Source: Parcubacteria group bacterium ADurb.Bin192 (GTDB lineage Bacteria; Patescibacteriota; Patescibacteriia; 2-12-FULL-60-25). Taken from it: 64,000 bases of DNA. Positions 25,761 to 34,475 of the stretch are shown here, piece by piece. The notes beneath the pieces were generated by a model that was given only the letters and a program-made list of their open reading frames with translations, made no database searches and was not told where the DNA came from. Position numbers and translations under genes: made by a program. Location of the stretch: assembly GCA_002070095.1 (NCBI GenBank), contig MWCR01000005.1, positions 5,463 through 69,462 of the forward strand. Direction: 5' to 3'. The stretch's first letter is position 1. The number at the start of each line of letters is the position of its first letter.

Positions 25761-25938
25761 CGGGACGAGCGACGCAGGACGTTAGGTACGTGAGAGGACG
25801 TTATGTACGCTAAGTACGTGGCACGTTGTTACATGCTACATGCTATGTGCTATATGCTACATGCTATGTGCTACATGCTACATGCTACATGCTATGTGCT
25901 ATATGCTACATGCTATGTGCTACATGCTACATGCTACA
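25750..25938 (+). repeat. 7-bp-periodic array: GACGNNN units grading into 16 x TGCTAYR units with a 49-bp higher-order duplication
   Basis: gacgcag gacgcgg gacgagc gacgcag gacgtta at 25750-25784, then 25827-25938 = 16 consecutive heptamers. 25841-25889 and 25890-25938 are identical 49-mers. Confidence 0.9.
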
Positions 25939-25973
25939 TGAAAATGGACGTTATTCACGATCCGTTGTAATTT

Positions 25974-27251
25974 ATGCTTATGAGCCAAGTTAAGCCGATT
26001 CTGCTCATGGTTACCAGCCAAGACTGGGGCGGAGCCCAAGCCTATGTTTTTAATTTGGCGCTTGAAATGAAATCACAAGGCCTACCCGTCATCATCTGCG
26101 CCGGCTCTGCCCCGACGCGGGACGACTCTTTGGGCCAAAAATGCCATTCCGCAGGCATTGACTTCATCGAAATAAAACACCTGGCGCGCAATATAAATCC
26201 GATAGATAATTTTTTAGCTCTGATTGAACTGATAAAATTATTCAGACGCGTCCAACCCCGGGCCATTCAACTCAATAGCTCCATGATGGGCGCCGTCGGT
26301 TCTTTAGCCGGGTATCTGACAAAAGTGCCCAAGATAGTTTACACGGCTCATGGCTGGGTTTTTAATGAACAATTGCCGAACTGGAAAAAAACTTTATATA
26401 TTTGGATAGAAAAAATATCAGCTCGCTTAAAGCACGTGATTATTTGCTTGCATGATCAAGATTTGGAGCTGGCTAAAAAACACGGAATTAAACCACGACA
26501 AAAAATCACCGTTATTCCTAACGGGATTGATGCTATAACTTTTGAAAAAAACCTTGCCGGACGGGAAGAGGCTTGTAAGACATTAAGCGAGATTGCCGCG
26601 CTCGTCGGACTCCCTCGCAATGACAATGTTAGTTTTGACGTAGGACGCGGGGTCCTTCCTTTCGCGAAAGGAGGGAGGACATTGGGTTTTTTGTTACATG
26701 CTACATGTTACATGTTTTGTGACGAGCGACGTGGGACGTTAGTCGGCACGGTGGCCAACGCCTATCCGCCCAAAAACCTGCTTTGGTATTTGGAGGTGTG
26801 CCAAGCTGTGCACGCTAAGGATCCTGATATCCGTTTTGTGATTGCGGGCGATGGTCCGCAAATGGAAGAATTAAAAGCCAAACACCGGGCACTTGAGCAA
26901 GAAGAATATGTTTTACTGACCGGCAGATTAGACCCGGCCGGTATTTATCAAGCTTTTGATATTTTTGTTTTGCCCTCGAGCAAAGAAGGCATGCCCATCA
27001 CTATCTTAGAGGCCATGGCCGCCAAACTGCCGATTATCGCCACGGATGTGGGCGCCTGCCGCCTGATGCTCGAGCCGGACGCGGGCCTGATTGTCCCGCC
27101 CAATGATTTATCAACCTTGACTCAAACCATTCTGGATTTGACGGATGACGCGGATAAACGCCAAAAACTGGGCCAACAAGCCTACCAAAAAGTTACTCAA
27201 AATTTTACCTGGCAAAATACCGCTGATCAGACCATAAAAGAACTCCTCTAA
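25974..27251 (+). CDS. glycosyltransferase family 4 with ~51-aa in-frame repeat-derived insertion
   Basis: ILLMVTSQDWGGAQAYV...VIPNGIDAITF...[SEIAALVGLPRNDNVSFDVGRGVLPFAKGGRTLGFLLHATCYMFCDERRGT]LVGTVANAYPPKNL...SSKEGMPITILEAMAAKLPIIATDVG. Confidence 0.8.
   Translation: MLMSQVKPILLMVTSQDWGGAQAYVFNLALEMKSQGLPVIICAGSAPTRDDSLGQKCHSAGIDFIEIKHLARNINPIDNFLALIELIKLFRRVQPRAIQLNSSMMGAVGSLAGYLTKVPKIVYTAHGWVFNEQLPNWKKTLYIWIEKISARLKHVIICLHDQDLELAKKHGIKPRQKITVIPNGIDAITFEKNLAGREEACKTLSEIAALVGLPRNDNVSFDVGRGVLPFAKGGRTLGFLLHATCYMFCDERRGTLVGTVANAYPPKNLLWYLEVCQAVHAKDPDIRFVIAGDGPQMEELKAKHRALEQEEYVLLTGRLDPAGIYQAFDIFVLPSSKEGMPITILEAMAAKLPIIATDVGACRLMLEPDAGLIVPPNDLSTLTQTILDLTDDADKRQKLGQQAYQKVTQNFTWQNTADQTIKELL
26587..26741 (+). 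repeat. intragenic copy of the composite repeat (half long-hairpin + GACGNNN + TTACATG heptamers)
   Basis: gcgagattgccgcgctcgtcggactccctcgcaatgacaatgttagttttgacgtaggacgcgg closely matches intergenic 25708-25765. Followed by ttacatg ctacatg ttacatg and gacgagc gacgtgg gacgtta. Confidence 0.85.
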
Positions 27252-27321
27252 ACCTACCCTCTCCCGGAACCGGGAGAGGACCTCCTCGCAGTTCTGCGAG
27301 GAGGGGTGAGGGTGCCGCCCC

Positions 27322-27546
27322 CAGCTCCGTGGATTCCCGTTTCCCCACCTACGCTTCACTAACAAAGCTCTGGTGGGCACAGCACGGGAATGACAAAATG
27401 ACGGTCATGTCATTGCGAGGAGTCCGACGACGCGACACGGCGTTCGCGAACGCCGTGTCGCGGCAATCTGCTTAGACAGCTAACTCATAAGCGAGATTGC
27501 CACGCTCCGCTCGCAATGACAATATTGGTTTAGACGTGCGACGTTA
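27322..27546 (+). repeat. composite hairpin repeat, copy 2 (direct repeat of 25529-25760)
   Basis: Same module order and orientation as copy 1. Ends in gacgtgc gacgtta immediately before the stop codon (27553) of the next minus-strand gene. Confidence 0.85.
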
Positions 27547-27552
27547 ATCAGC

Positions 27553-29937
27553 TCACCTCCTCGGTCCCTTATACTCACCTTCAGTTGTAGTAACCGTATT
27601 AGTCACTGCGGGCGGAGTCACGGCCGGTGTGGCACTGGCAGTCGACATTTCCAGGGACTGCTCTATGGTAGTCGCTCTGCCGTCGATTAAAGGTTGTAAT
27701 TGAGCTTTGGATTTGGGATCCATTTGCACCACGGCTCCCAAAATCAAATTTCTTTCTTCCATCAAACCATGCGTTTCCATAATTTGAGCAATCTGCAGAT
27801 AAGTGGCGGCCGGAGCAGCCGGCAAGGTAGGCAAAATTTCAATCAGTGATTTTAACCCGTCTTTATCCCCTTTCAGACCATAAGCTTGAGCCACCATCAT
27901 AGCATCTTGCGCGCCGCGCATAATATACGGCCGGCTGACGCGCATGGACTTAATAAGGCTGTCCGCGCCGTTTTCAATGTCCCTGACGTCATACCATTGG
28001 CTGATACCCAAATACCACCAAGCTTCTCCAATTTCTTCGTCAAAAGACACAGCCCGCCTGAATTGCTCCACAGCTTCTTGCGGCCGGCCCATTTCGGTCA
28101 GCAGACGGCCGTAGCTGAAAAATAATTGCTGGCGCTTGGGACTTTCTTTAATGGCTTCCAAAAACTGATCCTCGGCCTGCTTTTGGATGTCCGGATCTTT
28201 AACCGCGCGCCCCACAGACTGCAGTAAATTGGCGTAGATAAAACGCGGATGCGCGTTGATGCCGTGCGTCACCAAATGCCTGTCCGATACTTCCCGGGCC
28301 AGATCAAACATGGCGCGCCACTCTGGCCATTGAGTTAAACGTCCGCTGTCCGCCAAACTGATTAAATTTCTGGAATGCAAGAAAGTCTGTTCATCCAGAT
28401 AAGGCGTCTGAATGGCGGCCGCTTTTTTGGAATAATTCAACCATTCGCTTAAATTGCCGGCTCCAAAATAAGTATTGCCCTTGATGACCAAATAAGAAGC
28501 ATAAGCCGGCATAACCGAAGTCAACCAAATAAGCAAGATAAACACGGCCTGCAATAAACCGTAAGCCACCCAAGGCACGGGGTTGGTGGGGGCCGGCTTC
28601 TCATCTTTAACCTGAAGTTCTTCTTTGCCCGCGAACACCGGAAACCCGATGCAAATGACCAGCGCGTACAACAGATAGCTCATACTGAAAGCCGCCGGGT
28701 GATCGAACACAAAAATATTTTGCAAAAAATAACCGGCCGGCAAGCCCATGAGCACGGCCGTAGTGGGAATATCTATGTGCTTTTTGAGGCGGGCCTTGAT
28801 AATGGTGACATACAACATGATCCACAGGCCCAAAAAAGTCACAAAACCCACAATGCCCGTCATGCTGAACACATCCATGACCGTGTTATGCGCGCGGTCA
28901 AACCAAGTTTCATAATAGCCGGCCCGCAAAGACTCGGGATTGTACTTGCGGTTAAACAGGATGTGAAAATCATCCAAACCCCAGCCCGTGAGCGGGCGCT
29001 CTAAAAATCCTTGCCAGGCGATGTCCCAGGCAATAAAGCGCCCGGCCGTGCCCGTCTGCAAAGAAAAGATGCGGCTGGCCGTGGGAAAAGATTTGGCAAA
29101 AGATTCAAAGGCCGGGGTTTTGACGCCCACGGTCACTATACCGATATACAAAAAGGCGCAGGCCAAAATCGCGCCGATAATGCCAATCCTGATTTTTTTG
29201 CTGTGATGCAATAAACCGACCGTGGCGGCCGAGATGACCATGGCAAAAATCAGGCCCATAAACGGACCGCGCGAACCGGCCGCGAACAAAGCGGTTAATG
29301 AGGTGATAAAAGCGATCACATACCAAGTTTTCCAGCCGTTGCTTTTGGTTTTAAACCATAAGAGCGCGATAAAAAACAAAATAAACAACTGATAGGCCCC
29401 TGAATAAATCGGATTATCCAGCAACCCGCCCACGCGCGGACCGGCCGGGAACATCAACAATTTGGGGAAAGGTTTTTGCAATAAAGCCACGCAAGCCATG
29501 AACACGCCCAAGATAATTTGATAATTCAACAAGGTTTTCCATTGATCCCAGGTTTTGATGAGCGAGGTGGTCATGGTCAGCCACATCAGAAAATGCAGCA
29601 GTGTAAACAAACCGTTCATGCGCTCCTGATTGCCCCACCAGGCCCGGATAGGATCCACCGCGAAGATGACGGACAACAGCAAAGCTACAAAATACGCGCC
29701 TATGGCCAAATACAGATAAGACCAGCGGGGCCGATATTTGGGTTCGATCCAGGCCAAGACCGCGTAAGCCGGAAAGGTCAGACCGATCAGAATTTGAAAA
29801 AAAATCAGCTTGGAAAAGACAAAAGGAAAAATAACTACGGGTACGAACATGAGAGGCATGAGCAGGCCTCCGTAGATGCCTCCATAAACAATGGTTTTGA
29901 GTATTTTAATGGCGGTTTGACGTTGCATATGCCCCAT
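27553..29937 (-). CDS. O-antigen ligase/polymerase-like (Wzy_C-type) membrane protein with C-terminal TPR repeats
   Basis: Polytopic, with AAGSRGPFMGLIFAMV and PLTGWGLDDFHILFNR. C-terminus TPR-like (EAIKESPKRQQLFFSYGRLLTEMGRPQEAVEQFRRAVSFDEEIGEAWWYLG). I prefer the ATG at 29937 or 29928, because the track N-terminus (..FAKASGGFGLDE) is repeat-derived. Confidence 0.7.
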   Translation of the reverse strand: MGHMQRQTAIKILKTIVYGGIYGGLLMPLMFVPVVIFPFVFSKLIFFQILIGLTFPAYAVLAWIEPKYRPRWSYLYLAIGAYFVALLLSVIFAVDPIRAWWGNQERMNGLFTLLHFLMWLTMTTSLIKTWDQWKTLLNYQIILGVFMACVALLQKPFPKLLMFPAGPRVGGLLDNPIYSGAYQLFILFFIALLWFKTKSNGWKTWYVIAFITSLTALFAAGSRGPFMGLIFAMVISAATVGLLHHSKKIRIGIIGAILACAFLYIGIVTVGVKTPAFESFAKSFPTASRIFSLQTGTAGRFIAWDIAWQGFLERPLTGWGLDDFHILFNRKYNPESLRAGYYETWFDRAHNTVMDVFSMTGIVGFVTFLGLWIMLYVTIIKARLKKHIDIPTTAVLMGLPAGYFLQNIFVFDHPAAFSMSYLLYALVICIGFPVFAGKEELQVKDEKPAPTNPVPWVAYGLLQAVFILLIWLTSVMPAYASYLVIKGNTYFGAGNLSEWLNYSKKAAAIQTPYLDEQTFLHSRNLISLADSGRLTQWPEWRAMFDLAREVSDRHLVTHGINAHPRFIYANLLQSVGRAVKDPDIQKQAEDQFLEAIKESPKRQQLFFSYGRLLTEMGRPQEAVEQFRRAVSFDEEIGEAWWYLGISQWYDVRDIENGADSLIKSMRVSRPYIMRGAQDAMMVAQAYGLKGDKDGLKSLIEILPTLPAAPAATYLQIAQIMETHGLMEERNLILGAVVQMDPKSKAQLQPLIDGRATTIEQSLEMSTASATPAVTPPAVTNTVTTTEGEYKGPRR

Positions 29938-30195
29938 AGAATAGCACAAACGCTCATCCAAACCAAAACCCCCCGAAGCTTTAGCGAAGGGGGGTTGGCA
30001 CCGGACCATGGGTCCGATGATTTAACCTTGATATTTCAAGATTAGCTTTCAGTCCAAAGGCACGAAGCTTTTGGAGATTGCTCCAGACTAATCCGGAGCA
30101 CCGAACGTCCGATTCTTTCTTCAGCCCATCCCCTCTCCCCATGCGGGGAGAGGGGCGCTTTCAGCCAAAGCCGAAAGCCGGGTCTGAAGTCCGAA

Positions 30196-33100
30196 TTAGT
30201 TGCTCACTGAAGAGGTCTGAGTCAGATCCTCGACTAACAAGTCATTTGTCCAGTCGAATGAAGTCTGATCAGCTGACGAGTGGTTGATTTCCGAGTTATC
30301 GGACCACAGGAAGGTACCCAAGTAATCAGCCGTGCCATCCGGGGCGCCATTAACGGCACCTGTATCCAAGTTCCAAACATTGGCATTGGACACAAAGGTT
30401 GTACCGCCGGAAGTCACAGGTGAGCTGTTCTTGAGGTACGCGCGAGCCACAACCGTCGGGGTCGGATCGCGGAAGAACGACGTGGTTACGTTGTTGCCCG
30501 AACCGGAGGTTGAGCTGACCGTCGCGCGCAGCGAGTAGGTGTTGCCCGAACCGGCGATTGAGCTCTCTTGCGAGTTGGAGGTCGTAAAGGCTACGGCAAC
30601 TCTAACTGAAGAGGTGGCGGCCGGAACGCCGGTGGTCTTTAAGTCCGCACCGGTTTCCGCATTGTAAACAGTGTAGTCAGCAGCCGTGATCTCTGAAGCG
30701 TTGCGGTACACCTTGAAGCCGCTCAAAGACACATTGGCTGATTTGGATACATTGAAGACAATCTGTTTCAGGGCAACAGTGCCGGCTGAATCAGCGCCGA
30801 TCTGCACGCGGTACAGTTCTTGTTCACTGCCCGAGTTGAAGACCGTGTTGGTCAAGCTCTGTCTGGTAACAACCGGTTTGCTCTTGCGGAGCACCATGTT
30901 GTTAGCATCCAAGTCGCCTGAAGTGAAGTAAACACGTTCGCCGGAAGCGGCACCCGTGGTGCGGATGTTGATCTTGCCGGTGTAGTTGGCGTCCCAATCA
31001 CCAGTGGTGGTGACGGTGCTGACCAAACCTAAGCCCGGTTGATGACCCGTGCGGGTCACGCCGGTCAAAGCTCCGTTAACAGTGGAAGAAGCTTCGATGT
31101 TGCTCATCTTAGCCCACAATTCAAAGGAGGCACTGCCATCCTTGGGAACCGTGATTTCACTGCCTGTGAGTTGAACGTCTTTTTCACCCGTGGCACCGGA
31201 CTCAAATTGAGCCGTACCCTTAACATCGCCGTTTTGAGCGATGGCTACCATGCGGAAGTTGGCGTTGTCGCCACCAGCCAAGGAGTGGACGCGAACCAAA
31301 TCAATGTTCATGTCCTCGAATTGAGCCGTTACCTTATATTTGGCAAACGGTACCCAAACGTCCTTTTCCAAACCGCGGGCAATCACGATGGCTTGAGCCG
31401 GATGACCTTCAGCCGCAACCGTGATGGAACCGGAGTTCAAAATCACATGATAAACCGAAGGCGTGGTGCCAAATTGTTGGCCCGCCGCTGTTCCGGTTAA
31501 TTTAGCGTCGATGGTCGGAGTGATGGTATTAGCATCCTCGTCTTGAGCTGTTACACCATTGGTCGAAGCCAAGCCCACAGCCAGTTTGTCCTGGTGAGTG
31601 GTGGAGGCGGCCGAACTCAAGGTGGCCTTGACCGTCAAATTCTTGGTCGTGCCCTTGGCAATCTTGAGGTTCATGTTGGTGATGGAAGCTTCACCCGTTT
31701 TGGTGTCAGGCACGCGAGCCAAACCGACTTGCGTGTCACCGTCCCAAACGGACAATGAAGTCACACGCTCGTCGCAGTTGACCAAAGCGTTATCTGAACC
31801 GAAATCATCAGCACCGATATCGGCCTGACATTTCAGCAACAAGTTGGTGATGGTCACATCTGATTGTGAACCGGCAGTTAAGGTAAGACCGGTGACGGGC
31901 TTATCTTGAGCCTTTTTCACCAAAGTGCCGGAATACGGGGTGGAAGACAAACCAACTTCCAAGCTGGAAGCTTTGACAGTCATGTTGTTACCGTTGGTAA
32001 CAGCATTCGGCACGATCTTGGTGGTGATATCCAAGTTCTCGCCAGTGTCAACTATCTTGACATCGCCCAACTCAAAACGCTGGAAGATACCGCGATATTG
32101 TTTGTCGATGTACAAAGCGTCATCCGAGTTGGCCAAGTCAGCGACTAAAGCCAAGTCCATGGTCTCGCCGGCCTTGATGTTGAAGGTCTCGTTGAACACG
32201 AGGTCTTGCAACGTGGTATTGCCGGAGGTCGAGAGTTCCTTAGGACCGACCAAAGTCTTATCATTGGCCAAGTTGACTACTTTGAGGTTGCGGAAGAACA
32301 AGGTTGAACCGTTGTACAATTGACCGCTGACAGCCTGCAATTGCATGCGCAAGTTGCGGATTTCCAAATCATTGTCAGGTGAGGTGAGCGAGAACTTGTA
32401 CAGAACTGTGCCCAATCTGCCCTTGGCAATGTTGGAAGCTGCCGGACCATTGTACGCAAAGGTCAATTGACCGCCTTGCGTGGTAACTTCGATGTAGTTG
32501 GAACCCGAGTTGTCGAAGTTGGCGATGGTCACAGCCGCGCCTGAATTGTAAACAGTGTCAACCGCGTAGATGTCCGTGGCATATTCCACATAGGTGCGGA
32601 TCTTGCGTCCGGCGCGTCCGGCCACATCGGCGCGGAGCGAGAACACGCGGGTTACACCATTGGGAAGCAGATACGGGGTGTCGAAATTCAACACGATTTG
32701 ACCCTTGGAGCTAACCGCGGCGGACGAAGCCACCTTGGTTGTGCCTTGATATAAGGCGAAGTTCTTGAGATCAGCGTTGTTGATGTCGCCGCCTTGGTAC
32801 AAGGTTACGCGATGAATGCGCAAATCATTGGTGCTGGCCGTGAGCTTGAAGCTGGAAATTTCAGCATCCTTGGCGCCAATGTTCGGGTTGGCGGGTTGAG
32901 GACCCTTTTGGATGTCAACCGCGCCGGCCAAAGCCGTACCCTTGACAAACACGTTGCCGCGGACCGGGAAAGAACCGCTGACCGTGCCCGTGCCGGAAAG
33001 CACTACACTGGCCGCGTCACCCAATTCGAAAGCATGGTTGCCTCCGGTATCACCAGCTGAATTAAAATCAGCATAGATGTAATAGGACTTGGTGGTGTTG

Positions 33101-34098
33101 GCCGGAATGGAGATGTTCAAAGAATTGAACTCAACCTTGTTGGTGGTGGCGTTGACCGAGCGGCCCGTGGTTAAACGGTTGCCGGCTGAATCATACAAGT
33201 AGACGTTGGCGAAATCCGACGTCACACCCACACCCACGCGATGGAAGTGCAAACCACTTACATTGGCGCCGGTGCTGCCAGCGGTTAAGTTGACTTTGAT
33301 CATCGGAACTGACATGGCGTTCTTAGGCACCGTGGCGCCGGCTGGCGTATCGGAAGCCAAAGAAACAGTCACATCACCGCCTACAACCGGGGCGGCGCCG
33401 CCGCAAGCCACTGTCCAGAAATTATCCGGTTCAGCGGTCGTAACGTCCGTGCCGTTGGTGTAAGCGATTTCGGTCATGACCATGTTGGTCATGTTCCATT
33501 TGTTGGCCGCAAAAGCCGCATCACCCGCGATCTTGCGCTTCAAACCATCCCAGACAACATACTTTTCAGTGTCGCCGGAATAAGAAATCAGCTGACCGTT
33601 CGGATGAACGTTGCTGGCAATGGAAGCGCCCACCGTGTAGTCGCCGAAATAAGCATCCGGCACGTCCACGACGCGCGTGTTCCAAGCATCACCGTAAAGG
33701 GCCTTGGCAATGGCTTCGGATTCGATCCAGTGCAAAGTACCGCATTTGGTGACCGCATAAGTCTGGGGATCCGTGGTGATTTTGACCAGGTTGGTACCCG
33801 GGCGCATGGTCACGTTCTTTCCAAGAGAGATGGCTGCGAGTTCTGCATCCGTAATGGTCTTAACGGATGAGAAATCTGAGAACCATGAGAAAAAGGTTTT
33901 CTCGTTCGGGAATACATAGCGCATTCCGTCGTTGGCGTAAAAGTAAACAGCCGGGCCGGAGGCCTTGATCAAATCGCCGGCATTAAGCGTGGCGGCTTGA
34001 GCTGTTACCGGGAAAGCCAAAGCACCGACGCCCACGGAACCAAAAATGGTTACAAAAGCGACGAATGAAGAGAAAGCTTTCTTTAAGTAATTACCCAT
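30196..34098 (-). CDS. large secreted surface protein (1300 aa, beta-rich repetitive)
   Basis: Signal peptide MGNYLKKAFSSFVAFVTIFGSVGVGALAFPVTAQA|A. Thr/Ser/Asn/Gly/Val-rich with repeated ~130-aa segments. No enzymatic motif recognised. Confidence 0.8.
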   Translation of the reverse strand: MGNYLKKAFSSFVAFVTIFGSVGVGALAFPVTAQAATLNAGDLIKASGPAVYFYANDGMRYVFPNEKTFFSWFSDFSSVKTITDAELAAISLGKNVTMRPGTNLVKITTDPQTYAVTKCGTLHWIESEAIAKALYGDAWNTRVVDVPDAYFGDYTVGASIASNVHPNGQLISYSGDTEKYVVWDGLKRKIAGDAAFAANKWNMTNMVMTEIAYTNGTDVTTAEPDNFWTVACGGAAPVVGGDVTVSLASDTPAGATVPKNAMSVPMIKVNLTAGSTGANVSGLHFHRVGVGVTSDFANVYLYDSAGNRLTTGRSVNATTNKVEFNSLNISIPANTTKSYYIYADFNSAGDTGGNHAFELGDAASVVLSGTGTVSGSFPVRGNVFVKGTALAGAVDIQKGPQPANPNIGAKDAEISSFKLTASTNDLRIHRVTLYQGGDINNADLKNFALYQGTTKVASSAAVSSKGQIVLNFDTPYLLPNGVTRVFSLRADVAGRAGRKIRTYVEYATDIYAVDTVYNSGAAVTIANFDNSGSNYIEVTTQGGQLTFAYNGPAASNIAKGRLGTVLYKFSLTSPDNDLEIRNLRMQLQAVSGQLYNGSTLFFRNLKVVNLANDKTLVGPKELSTSGNTTLQDLVFNETFNIKAGETMDLALVADLANSDDALYIDKQYRGIFQRFELGDVKIVDTGENLDITTKIVPNAVTNGNNMTVKASSLEVGLSSTPYSGTLVKKAQDKPVTGLTLTAGSQSDVTITNLLLKCQADIGADDFGSDNALVNCDERVTSLSVWDGDTQVGLARVPDTKTGEASITNMNLKIAKGTTKNLTVKATLSSAASTTHQDKLAVGLASTNGVTAQDEDANTITPTIDAKLTGTAAGQQFGTTPSVYHVILNSGSITVAAEGHPAQAIVIARGLEKDVWVPFAKYKVTAQFEDMNIDLVRVHSLAGGDNANFRMVAIAQNGDVKGTAQFESGATGEKDVQLTGSEITVPKDGSASFELWAKMSNIEASSTVNGALTGVTRTGHQPGLGLVSTVTTTGDWDANYTGKINIRTTGAASGERVYFTSGDLDANNMVLRKSKPVVTRQSLTNTVFNSGSEQELYRVQIGADSAGTVALKQIVFNVSKSANVSLSGFKVYRNASEITAADYTVYNAETGADLKTTGVPAATSSVRVAVAFTTSNSQESSIAGSGNTYSLRATVSSTSGSGNNVTTSFFRDPTPTVVARAYLKNSSPVTSGGTTFVSNANVWNLDTGAVNGAPDGTADYLGTFLWSDNSEINHSSADQTSFDWTNDLLVEDLTQTSSVSN

Positions 34099-34379
34099 AG
34101 ATTAACTATTGGATTGTTATCGAGTGTCTTGCGACACACGATTCTGTGCGAGGGGCATCCTTTTGGAATGCTGACCCCGCGATAAGATTGTTATGAATGA
34201 GGTGATCACTCTTACCGGCTGGCGCCGGCATCGACCTTGATTAGAGGATCTTGGCGAGGATTTTACATTTCGGGCGCTGGAGTTCGAGATCCCATGGGAA
34301 CCGGCGCATGATACATGTAGCTTGTAACAAGTAACATGCAACATTTTTCGTATCATTTTTCAGGCCTCACTTTGACATG

Positions 34380-34404
34380 AGACATGAAACTGATTCGGGG
34401 TTCC
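34380..34404 (-). promoter_or_regulatory. candidate ECF-type promoter upstream of the 1300-aa gene
   Basis: The minus strand reads GGAAC-cccgaatcagtttcat(16 nt)-GTCTCA. This resembles the GGAAC-N16/17-(C)GTC pattern of many ECF sigma regulons. It lies ~280 nt upstream of the ATG at 34098. Confidence 0.3.
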
Positions 34405-34475
34405 CCCGCCCGTCAGGACATCCCTCTATATAAAGACAGATGCCCTGTTCAGCGTGAGAGGCCAAAAACCGGCCG

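Noticed and set aside
25750-25938. The tandem array might be a CRISPR array.
   Set aside because: The unit is 7 bp with no spacers, no leader-repeat-spacer organisation, and no cas genes in the window.
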